The notes: a model not told the origin generated them from the sequence alone. A DNA stretch of 24,000 bases from Candidatus Heimdallarchaeota archaeon (GCA_016839945.1 JAEOTE010000067.1:4776-28775), one strand, 5' to 3'. Shown: positions 8,448 to 17,945, counted from the first letter of the stretch. Made by a program: numbers and translations.

Positions 8448-8459
8448 TCTTAAATACTT
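8448..8459 (-). promoter_or_regulatory. Candidate TATA element upstream of the MoxR-VWA-PAPS reductase-like gene run
   Basis: Minus-strand AAGTATTTAAGA in a 162-nt ORF-free gap upstream of the MoxR gene. Confidence 0.3.
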
Positions 8460-8562
8460 TTAGATATTTGATTTCAGTAATTTTGAATCTTCACATTTTA
8501 AATTGTATACACTTTAAAATATTTTCATTCATCTATTTTTTAGAAAATTGTGTAAGAACAAC

Positions 8563-9168
8563 TTATTTATTCCTAAACGCGATTAAGATTGCAGAATTAA
8601 TGTTTTTACTATACTCTAGTTTTTTCTGGTAAGAGTTTACCTTTGAAGTACGATGTTCACTAACAACTTGAATATTTCCTTTATCATGGAAAATCTCTTT
8701 TAATCGATCTACAATTTCTTTTCTTATTGTCCCCCCACCATCACCAATTTTAATTTCAAACTTTGTAGTTTCTACGTTGAAGAAAACTGCAATTGTTTCT
8801 TTCACAACATCAACCGCAGTAAAAAACTCACTTGTAGCTAAAATCTTTTTTTCATCAACAACTACTGCAAAACCTGTGGTTTTTCCTGGGTCAATTCCCA
8901 CTATAACTTCCTCAAAAGTTTCTTTGTTATTCACCAATAAAATAATGTTAGAGTAAAGATAGTAAAGATTGAATGCTTTTGGAACAAACACAATCTTGTT
9001 TTCAAAATATTTTTTTTCTATTTCTGTAGTTATAATTACTTTAGTTTTATCAGGTATTTGTTCATTAGGTAGAATGTGATTAGTTTTAATGTTTTTAATA
9101 TTAGCTAGGATTTCATTAAGTTTATACAAAAACCTAAAATTGTTAGTCGCAATTGTTACGTAAATCAC
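8563..9168 (-). CDS. Predicted RNase H/RuvC-fold protein
   Basis: 201 aa; VIVGIDPGKTTGFAVVVDEKK first-strand acidic motif and C-terminal NSAILIAFRNK typical of archaeal predicted RuvC-like nucleases. Confidence 0.65.
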   Translation of the reverse strand: MIYVTIATNNFRFLYKLNEILANIKNIKTNHILPNEQIPDKTKVIITTEIEKKYFENKIVFVPKAFNLYYLYSNIILLVNNKETFEEVIVGIDPGKTTGFAVVVDEKKILATSEFFTAVDVVKETIAVFFNVETTKFEIKIGDGGGTIRKEIVDRLKEIFHDKGNIQVVSEHRTSKVNSYQKKLEYSKNINSAILIAFRNK

Positions 9169-9295
9169 AATTGAACAAAGAATCGAAATTAAAAAACTTT
9201 AGTATAAAAGAATCTAAAGACAATGCTAATAAATCATTATTAGAAAATCGAGTTAAAATAGAGATTTCAGTATAATAAATAAAATAACTTAACTG

Positions 9296-12200
9296 GTGAA
9301 TCAAATCAATCAAAATGATAAGCTTTCGGTAAATATCCAAGAATATTTTAACAGTATTAACAACGATTTGGATAAGATTTATTCGAAAGCTAAAGAAGCT
9401 AGGAAAAAAGGTTTAGATCCATCTTTAGACGTAGAGATACCTATCGCTAAGGATATAGCTGATCGTGTAGAAGGACTGATAGGTCCCAGAGGGATAGGAG
9501 AGAAAATTCGAAAATATGAGAAAGCAAATTTATCAAGAGAAAATGTGGCTTTTAAGATAGCTGAGGAAATTTGTGAAGATACTAAATCTATTGATAGTAA
9601 AGAAAAGGAAATGATAGCGGAACAAGCATTACGAACTTCGCTTGCAGTTATAACTGAGAGTATAACTGCTGCACCTTTAGAAGGTATTGCAAAAGTGAAA
9701 ATAAAACGTAATGAAGATGGTTCAAGTTATTTTGCAGTTTATTATGCTGGACCTATTCGTTCTGCAGGAGGAACTGCAGCAGGTATTAGTATTTTATTAG
9801 CAGATCATATTCGTAAAAAACTAGGATTAGGTAAATTTCAACCAACACAAAGAGAGGTAGAACGATATCTAGAAGAAATTGAACTGTATAATAGAGTTAG
9901 TCACTTACAACTCCCTACTACTAAAGATGAACAAAGATTTGCTGCTCAACAGCTCCCTATAGAAATAACTGGGGAACCAACTGATAAAGTTGAAGTAACA
10001 GGAAACCGTGATCTCAAAAGAGTTGAAACAAATAGATTGCGTGGTGGAGCATGTTTAGTTTTCAATGATGGTCTTATAGGAAGATCAAAGAAATTACATA
10101 GTCGAATCTCACAGCTTGGATTAGAAGGATGGAATTGGCTTGAAGAACTAATTAATATTCATGTAAAAGCAGGGACTTTCATTGATGAGGGAGTTAGTGA
10201 CATATATGATGTAGATGAAGGAGATGAAGTAGAAACAGAAGAAGTTCCAGATGCTGAGGGAGAAGTCGTTTCTGATGTGGGATATATAAAGGATGTAATA
10301 GGGGGGAGGCCTGTTTTTGCACACCCTTCAGAAAAAGGTGGTTTTAGAATTCGATATGGCCGTTCAAGAACAACAGGTCTTGCTAGTATGGGGATACATC
10401 CAGCACTAATGGGGGTTGTTAATGATTTCTTAGCTTGTGGTACTCACGTCAGGACAGAAAGACCTGGAAAGGGTGCAATTGTTATGCCTGTAGACACAAT
10501 TCATCCACCAATTGTGAAGTTAAAGAATGGGGATGTAATTAAAGTTCAGAGCTATAAGGAAGCTTGTGAAGTTAGAAAGGACATTGAAGAAATACTTTTT
10601 CTTGGAGACATGTTATATGGTGCAGGAGAATTTAATCAAAATAACTTCAATTTAGTTCCCTCAGGATATTGCGAAGAATGGTGGTGCCAAGAGTTAGAAG
10701 AATCTCTTATGGATATCCCTGATTCTAAAAGGAATGATTTAACTAAATCACTTGAGAAAACAATTTCAAACATCTTAAAAAATCCTTTTCAAAACATTCC
10801 AGGACCTGATACGGCCATTAAATTATCAAAAATATTAGATATACCTCTACATCCTGAATACACATATCATTGGAACAGTATTTCTTTAGAAGATTTTTCA
10901 TTATTAAGGAAATACGTACATGAAAATTTTAATGATCAGAATCAACAATTAGGAATACCTAATGAGGTTAAAATAAAACAGATTCTTGAAAATTTATGTA
11001 TTCCTCATAAGCTTATTGATGATTTTATAAATCTTGAAAATCATAGTTTCCCACTTTTCCTTACACTAGGAATTGAAAACAAAGAATTAAAACCAATAAA
11101 AAATGAAAATGGGAAGATTATAGAAACTATAAATTCTGTTAGTGGAATTAAGATTAAAGCAAAATGTCCCAATTATACAGGTGCTAGGATGGGAAGACCA
11201 GAAAAAGCTAAAGACAGAAGAATGCGTCCACCTGTTCACATGCTATTTCCAGTAGGAAGTGCTGGAGAGCGTTTAAGAGATCTTTTTACAGCTTCTAATA
11301 AAAAAGAAATTGAAATCGAGTTAGTTCATAGATCATGCCCAGGATGTGGAATATCAACAAATGAGGTATTATGTACAACTTGTGAGGTTCCAACAGTTTT
11401 TGTGAAACGTTGTTTAAATTGCAACTATTACAAAAATGAAGATTTATGTCCAAAATGTGGAAGAGAAATGGTTGCTTATAGAACATCTACATATCCACTA
11501 GAGTCACGTGTAAACCAAGCAAAGAAGACTATCGGTGGTCCTTTCCCCAAAAACGTCAAGGGTGTAAAGAAACTGATGAATAAGAACAAAGTTGCAGAGG
11601 CAATAGAGAAAGGGATACTACGTGCAAAACACGGTATTTTTGTTTATAGGGATGGTACAATCCGTTTTGATGCCACTGATGCGGTTTTAACTCATTTCAA
11701 ACCAAAAGAGATAGGAGTTACTGTGCAACAATTACATAAAATAGGATATTCGGTCGACATTTATGGAAAACCATTAGAAAATTCAAATCAAACTACTGAA
11801 CTAAAGATTCAGGATATCGTTTTGAACATTGAAGGTGGAAAACACCTTGTAAAAGTCGCTGGTTTTATTGATGAACTATTAGAAAAATTTTACAAACTTC
11901 CTAAATTCTATAATGCAAAAAAGCCCTCTGATTTAATTGGGCAAATAATCATAGGTCTTGCACCACATACTTCTGCAGGGATTGTCGGTAGGATAATAGG
12001 TTTCACAAAAGCTAAAGTAAATTTTGCTCATCCGTATTGGCATGCTGCAAAACGTCGTAACTGTGATGGTGATGAAGATTCTATACTTCTTGCATTGGAT
12101 GCCTTTCTTAACTTTTCTAAACACTATTTACCTAAAATAAGAGGAGGACAAATGGATGCACCATTAATCCTAGTTGCAAATATTAATCCACATGAGGTGG

Positions 12201-12871
12201 ATGACGAATCACATAATGTTGATACTAGTTCTAGATACCCTTTATCATTTTATGAAGAAACGTTAAAAAGACCACCAGCTAAAGCAGTTTTACCATTAAT
12301 TGATATGATACGAAATAGATTAAATGATGAAAGTGCGTATGAAGGCTTCATGTATTCTCATGAAACTTCAAATATCTTTGCAGGACCAGAATCTAATACT
12401 TATAAGAATCTTACAAAAATGGAAGACAAAGTAAACGCACAACTTCATGTTGCAGAACTTATACGTGCAGTTAACATAAAGGATGTTGCATCAAGAATTG
12501 TTGTTAACCACTTTATACCTGATTTAATAGGTAATTTGAGAAGGTTTGGTTCTCAAAAAATTAGGTGCACAAAGTGCAATATGACATATAGGAGGGTTCC
12601 TTTATCTGGGATTTGTATCAACTGTAAAAATAAGAATCTAAATCTCACTGTCTATGAAAAATCAATTACTAAATATTTCAGCATGGCCAAGAATTTAGTT
12701 GAGAAGTATAATCTATCTGAATATTTGAAGAATAGACTAGAAATAATAAAACACAACGTTGATTCTCTTTTTGTTGAAAGTGGGTTTGTAGATGAAAAAG
12801 AAAAGAGAAAAATTAATGGTGAGGTAAAACTATCGGACTTCTTTGTCAAATATGATTCAGAAGAAAAATAA
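9296..12871 (+). CDS. polD2: DNA polymerase D large subunit (DP2), GTG start, no intein
   Basis: 1191 aa; KAKEARKKGLDPSLDVEIP, YYAGPIRSAGGTAAG, NCDGDEDSILLALDAFLNFSKHYLPKIRGGQMDAPLI, C-terminal CxxC zinc modules. Confidence 0.97.
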   Translation: MNQINQNDKLSVNIQEYFNSINNDLDKIYSKAKEARKKGLDPSLDVEIPIAKDIADRVEGLIGPRGIGEKIRKYEKANLSRENVAFKIAEEICEDTKSIDSKEKEMIAEQALRTSLAVITESITAAPLEGIAKVKIKRNEDGSSYFAVYYAGPIRSAGGTAAGISILLADHIRKKLGLGKFQPTQREVERYLEEIELYNRVSHLQLPTTKDEQRFAAQQLPIEITGEPTDKVEVTGNRDLKRVETNRLRGGACLVFNDGLIGRSKKLHSRISQLGLEGWNWLEELINIHVKAGTFIDEGVSDIYDVDEGDEVETEEVPDAEGEVVSDVGYIKDVIGGRPVFAHPSEKGGFRIRYGRSRTTGLASMGIHPALMGVVNDFLACGTHVRTERPGKGAIVMPVDTIHPPIVKLKNGDVIKVQSYKEACEVRKDIEEILFLGDMLYGAGEFNQNNFNLVPSGYCEEWWCQELEESLMDIPDSKRNDLTKSLEKTISNILKNPFQNIPGPDTAIKLSKILDIPLHPEYTYHWNSISLEDFSLLRKYVHENFNDQNQQLGIPNEVKIKQILENLCIPHKLIDDFINLENHSFPLFLTLGIENKELKPIKNENGKIIETINSVSGIKIKAKCPNYTGARMGRPEKAKDRRMRPPVHMLFPVGSAGERLRDLFTASNKKEIEIELVHRSCPGCGISTNEVLCTTCEVPTVFVKRCLNCNYYKNEDLCPKCGREMVAYRTSTYPLESRVNQAKKTIGGPFPKNVKGVKKLMNKNKVAEAIEKGILRAKHGIFVYRDGTIRFDATDAVLTHFKPKEIGVTVQQLHKIGYSVDIYGKPLENSNQTTELKIQDIVLNIEGGKHLVKVAGFIDELLEKFYKLPKFYNAKKPSDLIGQIIIGLAPHTSAGIVGRIIGFTKAKVNFAHPYWHAAKRRNCDGDEDSILLALDAFLNFSKHYLPKIRGGQMDAPLILVANINPHEVDDESHNVDTSSRYPLSFYEETLKRPPAKAVLPLIDMIRNRLNDESAYEGFMYSHETSNIFAGPESNTYKNLTKMEDKVNAQLHVAELIRAVNIKDVASRIVVNHFIPDLIGNLRRFGSQKIRCTKCNMTYRRVPLSGICINCKNKNLNLTVYEKSITKYFSMAKNLVEKYNLSEYLKNRLEIIKHNVDSLFVESGFVDEKEKRKINGEVKLSDFFVKYDSEEK

Positions 12872-12930
12872 AAGACTCTTGTAAAGTATATCAAACGAAT
12901 CATTTTTAACTTCTTGAAGTTTTTAAGTAG

Positions 12931-13692
12931 ATGAGCATAATGGAAAAAGAGGAAAAAAACTCCTCCCTTGAATTAAGGCTTTTATTGAATCCTAAGGGAA
13001 AGCAAAAAACAATATATGTCCTTCTATCATTTACTGCTGTCGTTGTTTTAACTGTTGTACTATATCTAGTGCCAGATTATTATTTCCTTGAAAAACTTAC
13101 AAATGATGTTGTTTTCGAAGTTTTGAAAGTATACAAATATGAAGTGGTCCTAGATGGTCTTTATAGTGAAGCAGAAACAGGAACTTCGATAATTATAGTT
13201 ATTACAAATTTCTTAACTGGACTAGATGCACATAATTCATTAACTCCAGTAATAAAATCTACAGCTGCTCAACGTAGATTTGCAGTTGTAAGGGCTTGCA
13301 CAGGGATGCAAGCTGGTGCTTTACTAATGGCTCTGATCATTGTTACTCCAGCAGATTTCAAGAAAAAATTAAAAGCTACTATTTACTCACTAATAGCTCT
13401 TATAATTGGGAATTTCTTACGTATCGCTATAGTTATTGGCATGACTATTACACTTGAAATTACTTATGGAACAAGCTCTTCTGCTGCATGGATGTGGGCA
13501 CATGATGTTTTAGGAAAACCTATAGGTTTCTTTGGAACAATCTTCTTTGCACTAATAATAGAAAAGCAAGGTGTTCCAATATTAAATACAGTAAGCTTGT
13601 GGATTGATTCTCTTCTTGATTTATTTAATCTAGTCTTGAAAAAAACAGGAATTACAGGAAAGAAGAGTAAAACATCACAGAATAAGAAATAA
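12931..13692 (+). CDS. Exosortase/archaeosortase-family membrane protease-transpeptidase
   Basis: Multi-TM 253 aa protein with ordered catalytic motifs VRACTGMQAG (Cys), GNFLRI (Arg), WAHDVLGKPIGF (His). Confidence 0.85.
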   Translation: MSIMEKEEKNSSLELRLLLNPKGKQKTIYVLLSFTAVVVLTVVLYLVPDYYFLEKLTNDVVFEVLKVYKYEVVLDGLYSEAETGTSIIIVITNFLTGLDAHNSLTPVIKSTAAQRRFAVVRACTGMQAGALLMALIIVTPADFKKKLKATIYSLIALIIGNFLRIAIVIGMTITLEITYGTSSSAAWMWAHDVLGKPIGFFGTIFFALIIEKQGVPILNTVSLWIDSLLDLFNLVLKKTGITGKKSKTSQNKK

Positions 13693-13761
13693 AAAATTAA
13701 CTTATTTCATAAAATCTCTTTTAATCGAACTGGTAGCTTTCGATAAGTTTTATTAAAGGTA

Positions 13762-13769
13762 TTTATATA
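13762..13769 (+). promoter_or_regulatory. Candidate TATA box for the gelsolin-like gene
   Basis: AAAGGTATTTATATATAG, about 40 nt upstream of ATG at 13805, consistent with a short 5' UTR. Confidence 0.45.
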
Positions 13770-13804
13770 TAGAATCTCGAAATATTGGTGAATGTGAATC
13801 AATA

Positions 13805-14686
13805 ATGAGGTATTTAGAAGTTCAAGAAGATGGATCTTTAATTGAAACCCAAGTATTGGATCTCGGTTCTACGAAGGTTCTAATCGTAGTAGATGAAGAT
13901 GATAAAAGAATGTGGTTGTGGAAGGGGTCTGAGTGTCCGATAAGGAAGAAATTCATAGGTAGCAGAGCTTTGTCTGATTTAAGGAAAAAGGAATATGGTT
14001 TTGCTTATGTTCCACAAACTTGTGATCAGGGTGACGAGACCGCTGAATTTGTAGCAATGCTAAAGAAAATTGATAAAATGGATGCTGTTTCTTCTTCAGT
14101 AGTCTCAAGAGCTGAAGAAATTATTGAAAGACAAAGTAGAATTAATGTTTTTGAAGATGTCCCAAAAGAAGAAGAAATTAAACCTTCAACAGCTGTTTCA
14201 CAAGAAGATGTATCATTAAAAGATAGACCTGCTCAAGTTCCAGAATCTCAACTCCCAACACATATGGCTAAAATGGGTGCTCCTGGAAATAGGCCCATGC
14301 CAACTATTTTATCCGCTTTAGAATCAGATTCGATAGAAATAAAGAAACCAGAACCTGCTGTTGAAGTAAAAGCGAATATACTTGAACAATCTATTCATAT
14401 TCTAAGAGATTTGGGTACTCCCAAAGGATTCTATCGAGATTTGATAATAATTGGAAACAAAGTTTATACAGAAACTTATACTGGTGAATTTGAAGAATTA
14501 GATGAACCTCCTGAAGGAATTTTCTTCTCCAGTTCTCATGTCCCAAGAATGATATGTTTGAATGGTTTAGTTCGTGCTATTGAATTCTTAAAACCAGAAG
14601 AAGGTGCTGAATTAAGCGAAGAAGATGAAAAGATTGCACAAGACATTGAAGATCTTCTTGCTATGTTTGAGATTGAAGTAGGATAA
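13805..14686 (+). CDS. Gelsolin-like domain protein with additional C-terminal domain
   Basis: N-terminus STKVLIVVDEDDKRMWLWKGSECPIRKKFIGSRALSDLRKKEYG...DQGDETAEF matches the gelsolin-repeat pattern (hydrophobic strand, WxGk, helix, GdE.eF). Low-complexity linker, then ~100 aa conserved-looking C-terminus. Confidence 0.55.
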   Translation: MRYLEVQEDGSLIETQVLDLGSTKVLIVVDEDDKRMWLWKGSECPIRKKFIGSRALSDLRKKEYGFAYVPQTCDQGDETAEFVAMLKKIDKMDAVSSSVVSRAEEIIERQSRINVFEDVPKEEEIKPSTAVSQEDVSLKDRPAQVPESQLPTHMAKMGAPGNRPMPTILSALESDSIEIKKPEPAVEVKANILEQSIHILRDLGTPKGFYRDLIIIGNKVYTETYTGEFEELDEPPEGIFFSSSHVPRMICLNGLVRAIEFLKPEEGAELSEEDEKIAQDIEDLLAMFEIEVG

Positions 14687-14741
14687 TCCTTTCCTTCCTT
14701 TTTCATTCCTTTTTTAGGTGATTCATTTGAAACTATATGAA

Positions 14742-15008
14742 ATGATAGTCCATCTTCATTCATCAATTCCTACGAAAATAAGAATATTGAAAAATAAAAT
14801 TGAAGAAGATTCAACATTACTACAAGGACTACTTTCAGTCCTTTCTCAAAATAAGGAGGTTTATGAATTGCTAGTGATAGATGAAGATATAAAACCAGGT
14901 TTCCTAATTATATCGGATAAAATCGAGCTAAGGACTACAAAATTATTGAATTCCACAATTACGAAAGACTCAGAACTCACGATAATTCCTATCTCTCATG
15001 GAGGTTAA
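14742..15008 (+). CDS. Urm1/MoaD/ThiS-like ubiquitin-fold protein ending in Gly-Gly
   Basis: MIVHLHSSIPTKIRILKNK...PGFLIISDKIELRTTKLLNSTITKDSELTIIPISHGG-stop; beta-grasp pattern with exposed terminal GG. Provided ORF starts at 14718; internal ATG at 14742 fits the family better. Confidence 0.75.
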   Translation: MIVHLHSSIPTKIRILKNKIEEDSTLLQGLLSVLSQNKEVYELLVIDEDIKPGFLIISDKIELRTTKLLNSTITKDSELTIIPISHGG

Positions 15009-15088
15009 TCTTTCTAGACTTCTCAATTAAAAACTTCTTTAGATATATTTTTAATTAAAATGGTAACTAAACAATTTGTTTGTTAGTA

Positions 15089-15174
15089 GCCAGGATAGCC
15101 AAGCGGACAACGGCGCTGGTCTTGAAAATCAGTTCCTTATAGGATCCGGGGTTCAAATCCCCGTCCTGGCTCCA
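15089..15174 (+). tRNA. tRNA-Ser(TGA), CCA encoded
   Basis: Acceptor GCCAGGA/TCCTGGC, D-stem GCC/GGC, anticodon stem CTGGT/ATCAG with loop CTTGAAA (anticodon TGA at 15123-15125), long variable arm, T-arm CGGGG-TTCAAAT-CCCCG, CCA at 15172-15174. Confidence 0.93.
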
Positions 15175-15227
15175 AAATATCCGTTTCTTTCATTTAAAAA
15201 AGAAACAAGCAAAAAGGTGTTAATTAA

Positions 15228-17327
15228 TTGTCTTCCATAGCAGGACCCTTCATTCTTGGTATTTCAGAAAAACCACAAGCTGCAAGCAGAATAGCTATGG
15301 CTTTGGATGAGAAAAATAAACCAACCATGAAGAAGGTTGAGAACATATCTGTTTTCGTATGCAATAGAGATGGAAAAAAGATTGTTGTAGCACCTGCATT
15401 GGGGCATTTATTCTCTCTCTCTTCAATAAGCAAAACTTGGAATTATCCTGTTTTAGATTATGAATGGGTACCAAGTTATATCGAAAATAAGAATTTGAAA
15501 ACAAAAAATTTTATCGCTGCTTTTAAGACTTTGGCTAAAAATGCAGAGGGAGTCATATTAATGACTGATTTTGATAGAGAGGGAGAAGTAATAGGCTATC
15601 TTATACTCAAATATGCTATTGGAAGAACACAAGCAGAAAGAATGAAATTTTCTACTCTCACAAGAACTGATATCTTAACAGCATATAACAATAGGGAAAA
15701 AACCTTAGATTTGGGTTTTTTGAATTCAGGATTACTTCGTCACTATGTAGATTGGTTGTATGGTATAAATTATTCAAGAGCTTTAAGTTCTGCATTAAAG
15801 AGAGTTTCTGGAAGGTTTAGAACAATATCAATTGGTAGAGTACAGGGACCTACATTAGGTGCTGTGGTTGCATTAGAAAATGATTTGGAGTTATTTGTTC
15901 CTATACCTTATTGGACAATTGAAAGTAAGGTTCATATAGGGAATAAATTGTTCCCAGCATTTTATGAAAAATCGAAAATCGCTACTCATCATGAAGCATT
16001 ACAAATAACTAGAGATTGTAATAGTTTAGTGGGTAAAGTTTACGATATAACAAAGGAACAAGCTCCAATTTATCCTTTTCCACCTTTCAACTTAGGAGAT
16101 CTTCAAAGAGAAAGCTATAAACATTTTAAATTTTCACCAAGTAAGACACTTGCAATAGCTGAAAAATTATATCTGAATGCATTAATATCATATCCGAGAA
16201 CTGATAGTCAAAAGTTACCTATGACCTTGGGGCATAAAACTACATTACAAAAACTTTCAAACCAATCAAAGTATGCAATCTTTGCAAAAGAAATACTAGA
16301 TAATAAGAAGTTTAAACCTAGGGAAGGCAAAAAAACAGATGCAGCACATCCTGCAATTCATCCTACTGGTAACAAACCAGAAACAAATCTTCAAGCTAAT
16401 GAACAAAAATTATATGATTTAATCGTGAAACGATACCTCTCTGTTTTTGGTAGAAATGCTTCAATTGAAAGAAGTAAAATAAAGATAGATGTCAATAATC
16501 ACAAATTTGAGGTTAGAGGAAGTCAAATTCTAGATGAAGGTTGGATTAGATATTATAAACCGTATTATTCACTTAAAGAACAACTATTACCAGAAATCAA
16601 AATAGATAGTGAGATAAAATTCAAATTTATTGATGCAAAAGAACGTTATTCGTCTCCACCATATCGTTATAATGAATCAACGCTTCTTAAAAAGATGGAA
16701 GACGAAAAAATCGGAACTAAAGCTACAAGAGCAGGAATAATCCAAACCTTGTTTGATAGAGGTTATATTGAGGGGAAAGTAATAGCATCTACACCTTTGG
16801 GAAATGCAGTAGTTAGAGTTTTGAAAGATGAGTATCCAATATTAGTAAAATCTGAGATGACACGAAATTTAGAAAATATGATGGAGAAAGTCCAAGAGGA
16901 AAAAAGTGAGGTAGAGAATATTGTCCTAGAAATAAAAAAAGAATTGAAGGAAATGCTAGTTTTATTTCACAAAAAAGAAGCTGAAATTGGTCTCTCACTT
17001 TATGAGGATCTTCAAAGAACAGAAAAATCAGATTTACTAATTATTGGTAAATGTTTAGAATGTAAAAAAGGAGAACTAAGAGTTATCAAATCAAGAAAAA
17101 CAGGAAAGAGATTTATTGCTTGTTCTTCATATTTTGATAAATCAATAAATTGTACCGCTACATATCCTTTGCCCGGTACAGGTATAATCAAACAAACCTC
17201 AAAGACATGTCCTCACGATGGTTTACCTCTAATTGAGTGGAGGAAAGGAAAGCTTAGAAAGATAATATGTATATCTCCAGAATGCCCGTCTAAAAAGGAA
17301 GAAGCGAAAAATGAAATCAAGAAATAA
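15228..17327 (+). CDS. topA: Type IA DNA topoisomerase with C-terminal zinc ribbons, TTG start
   Basis: TDFDREGEVIGY Toprim motif, ALISYPRTDSQKLP active-site Tyr region, IGTKATRAGIIQTLFDRGYI; C-terminal CLECKK...C and CPHDG...C modules. AAAGGTG lies 8 nt before TTG at 15228. Confidence 0.95.
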   Translation: MSSIAGPFILGISEKPQAASRIAMALDEKNKPTMKKVENISVFVCNRDGKKIVVAPALGHLFSLSSISKTWNYPVLDYEWVPSYIENKNLKTKNFIAAFKTLAKNAEGVILMTDFDREGEVIGYLILKYAIGRTQAERMKFSTLTRTDILTAYNNREKTLDLGFLNSGLLRHYVDWLYGINYSRALSSALKRVSGRFRTISIGRVQGPTLGAVVALENDLELFVPIPYWTIESKVHIGNKLFPAFYEKSKIATHHEALQITRDCNSLVGKVYDITKEQAPIYPFPPFNLGDLQRESYKHFKFSPSKTLAIAEKLYLNALISYPRTDSQKLPMTLGHKTTLQKLSNQSKYAIFAKEILDNKKFKPREGKKTDAAHPAIHPTGNKPETNLQANEQKLYDLIVKRYLSVFGRNASIERSKIKIDVNNHKFEVRGSQILDEGWIRYYKPYYSLKEQLLPEIKIDSEIKFKFIDAKERYSSPPYRYNESTLLKKMEDEKIGTKATRAGIIQTLFDRGYIEGKVIASTPLGNAVVRVLKDEYPILVKSEMTRNLENMMEKVQEEKSEVENIVLEIKKELKEMLVLFHKKEAEIGLSLYEDLQRTEKSDLLIIGKCLECKKGELRVIKSRKTGKRFIACSSYFDKSINCTATYPLPGTGIIKQTSKTCPHDGLPLIEWRKGKLRKIICISPECPSKKEEAKNEIKK

Positions 17328-17559
17328 CCATCTTAAATGTCCTATTTGCAAGAGAGATAAAGAACTCGCTCAAATGAAATATTGTGCAACCCATAATGAA
17401 GCAAAAGAAAAACTACAAAAAGGTTATGAGTCGTGGTTAAAAGCGTATAATATCCTCTCATGGGATGATTATCTTCAGCAATTATTATCTCTCGAAGGAG
17501 AAGTGGGGAATCTTATTAGAGATGTAGCTGAATATGAACTTTATTTTAAACAAGATTAA
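17311..17559 (+). CDS. Small zinc-finger protein
   Basis: 82 aa, CPIC-(11)-CATH zinc-ligand pattern; overlaps the topA 3' end by 17 nt. Confidence 0.6.
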   Translation: MKSRNNHLKCPICKRDKELAQMKYCATHNEAKEKLQKGYESWLKAYNILSWDDYLQQLLSLEGEVGNLIRDVAEYELYFKQD

Positions 17560-17606
17560 TAGAATATTGGAACAAAAATTCAGTTTTTTATAGAAATTCT
17601 AACTAA

Positions 17607-17846
17607 TTAGGAAAACAAAGCTGTGTGAATTTGTTCTCTTTCAGGCAATCCTTCGATTTTTATTTTACCTACCAAAATTGTTGGAATAGAAGATATATTT
17701 GACTGTTCTTTGAATTTTATATTCACACTTTTATACTGAAAAAGACCATCATATTCATCCAGAACTGTCTTAAGTATATTCTCAGCTACGTTACAATATG
17801 GACAGTCTTCTGCAGTATACAATACAATTTCTTTCATTCTATACAT
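17607..17846 (-). CDS. Glutaredoxin/thioredoxin-like small protein
   Basis: 79 aa, VLYTAEDCPYCNVAENILK with CPYC active site and SIPTILVG cis-Pro loop. Confidence 0.8.
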   Translation of the reverse strand: MYRMKEIVLYTAEDCPYCNVAENILKTVLDEYDGLFQYKSVNIKFKEQSNISSIPTILVGKIKIEGLPEREQIHTALFS

Positions 17847-17945
17847 GTTCTTAATTTTAATATTAAAAAATCAACAAAAATTTTGGGACTAGCGTGGATG
17901 ACATGCGAATATTACACTTATCATTTTAACTAGTTTGACTATAAA

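Noticed and set aside
8495-8520. Inverted repeat ATTTTAAA...TTTAAAAT upstream of the MoxR gene
   Set aside because: Simple A/T blocks that are likely by chance in this composition; not strong enough to call a regulatory site.
8435-8632. Plus-strand 65-aa hydrophobic ORF in the 8400-8563 gap
   Set aside because: Overlaps the probable promoter region and the 3' end of the RNase H-like gene, with AT-rich phenylalanine/isoleucine composition typical of chance ORFs.
11295-12124. Minus-strand ORFs within DP2
   Set aside because: Antisense to highly conserved PolD active-site region.
12040-12180. Possible intein in DP2
   Set aside because: The catalytic motif NCDGDEDSILLALDAFLNFSKHYLP is continuous; no intein inserted.
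12908-12921. Short inverted repeat AACTTC-TT-GAAGTT before the archaeosortase-like gene
   Set aside because: Too short and AT-rich, with a 2-nt loop; could be chance.
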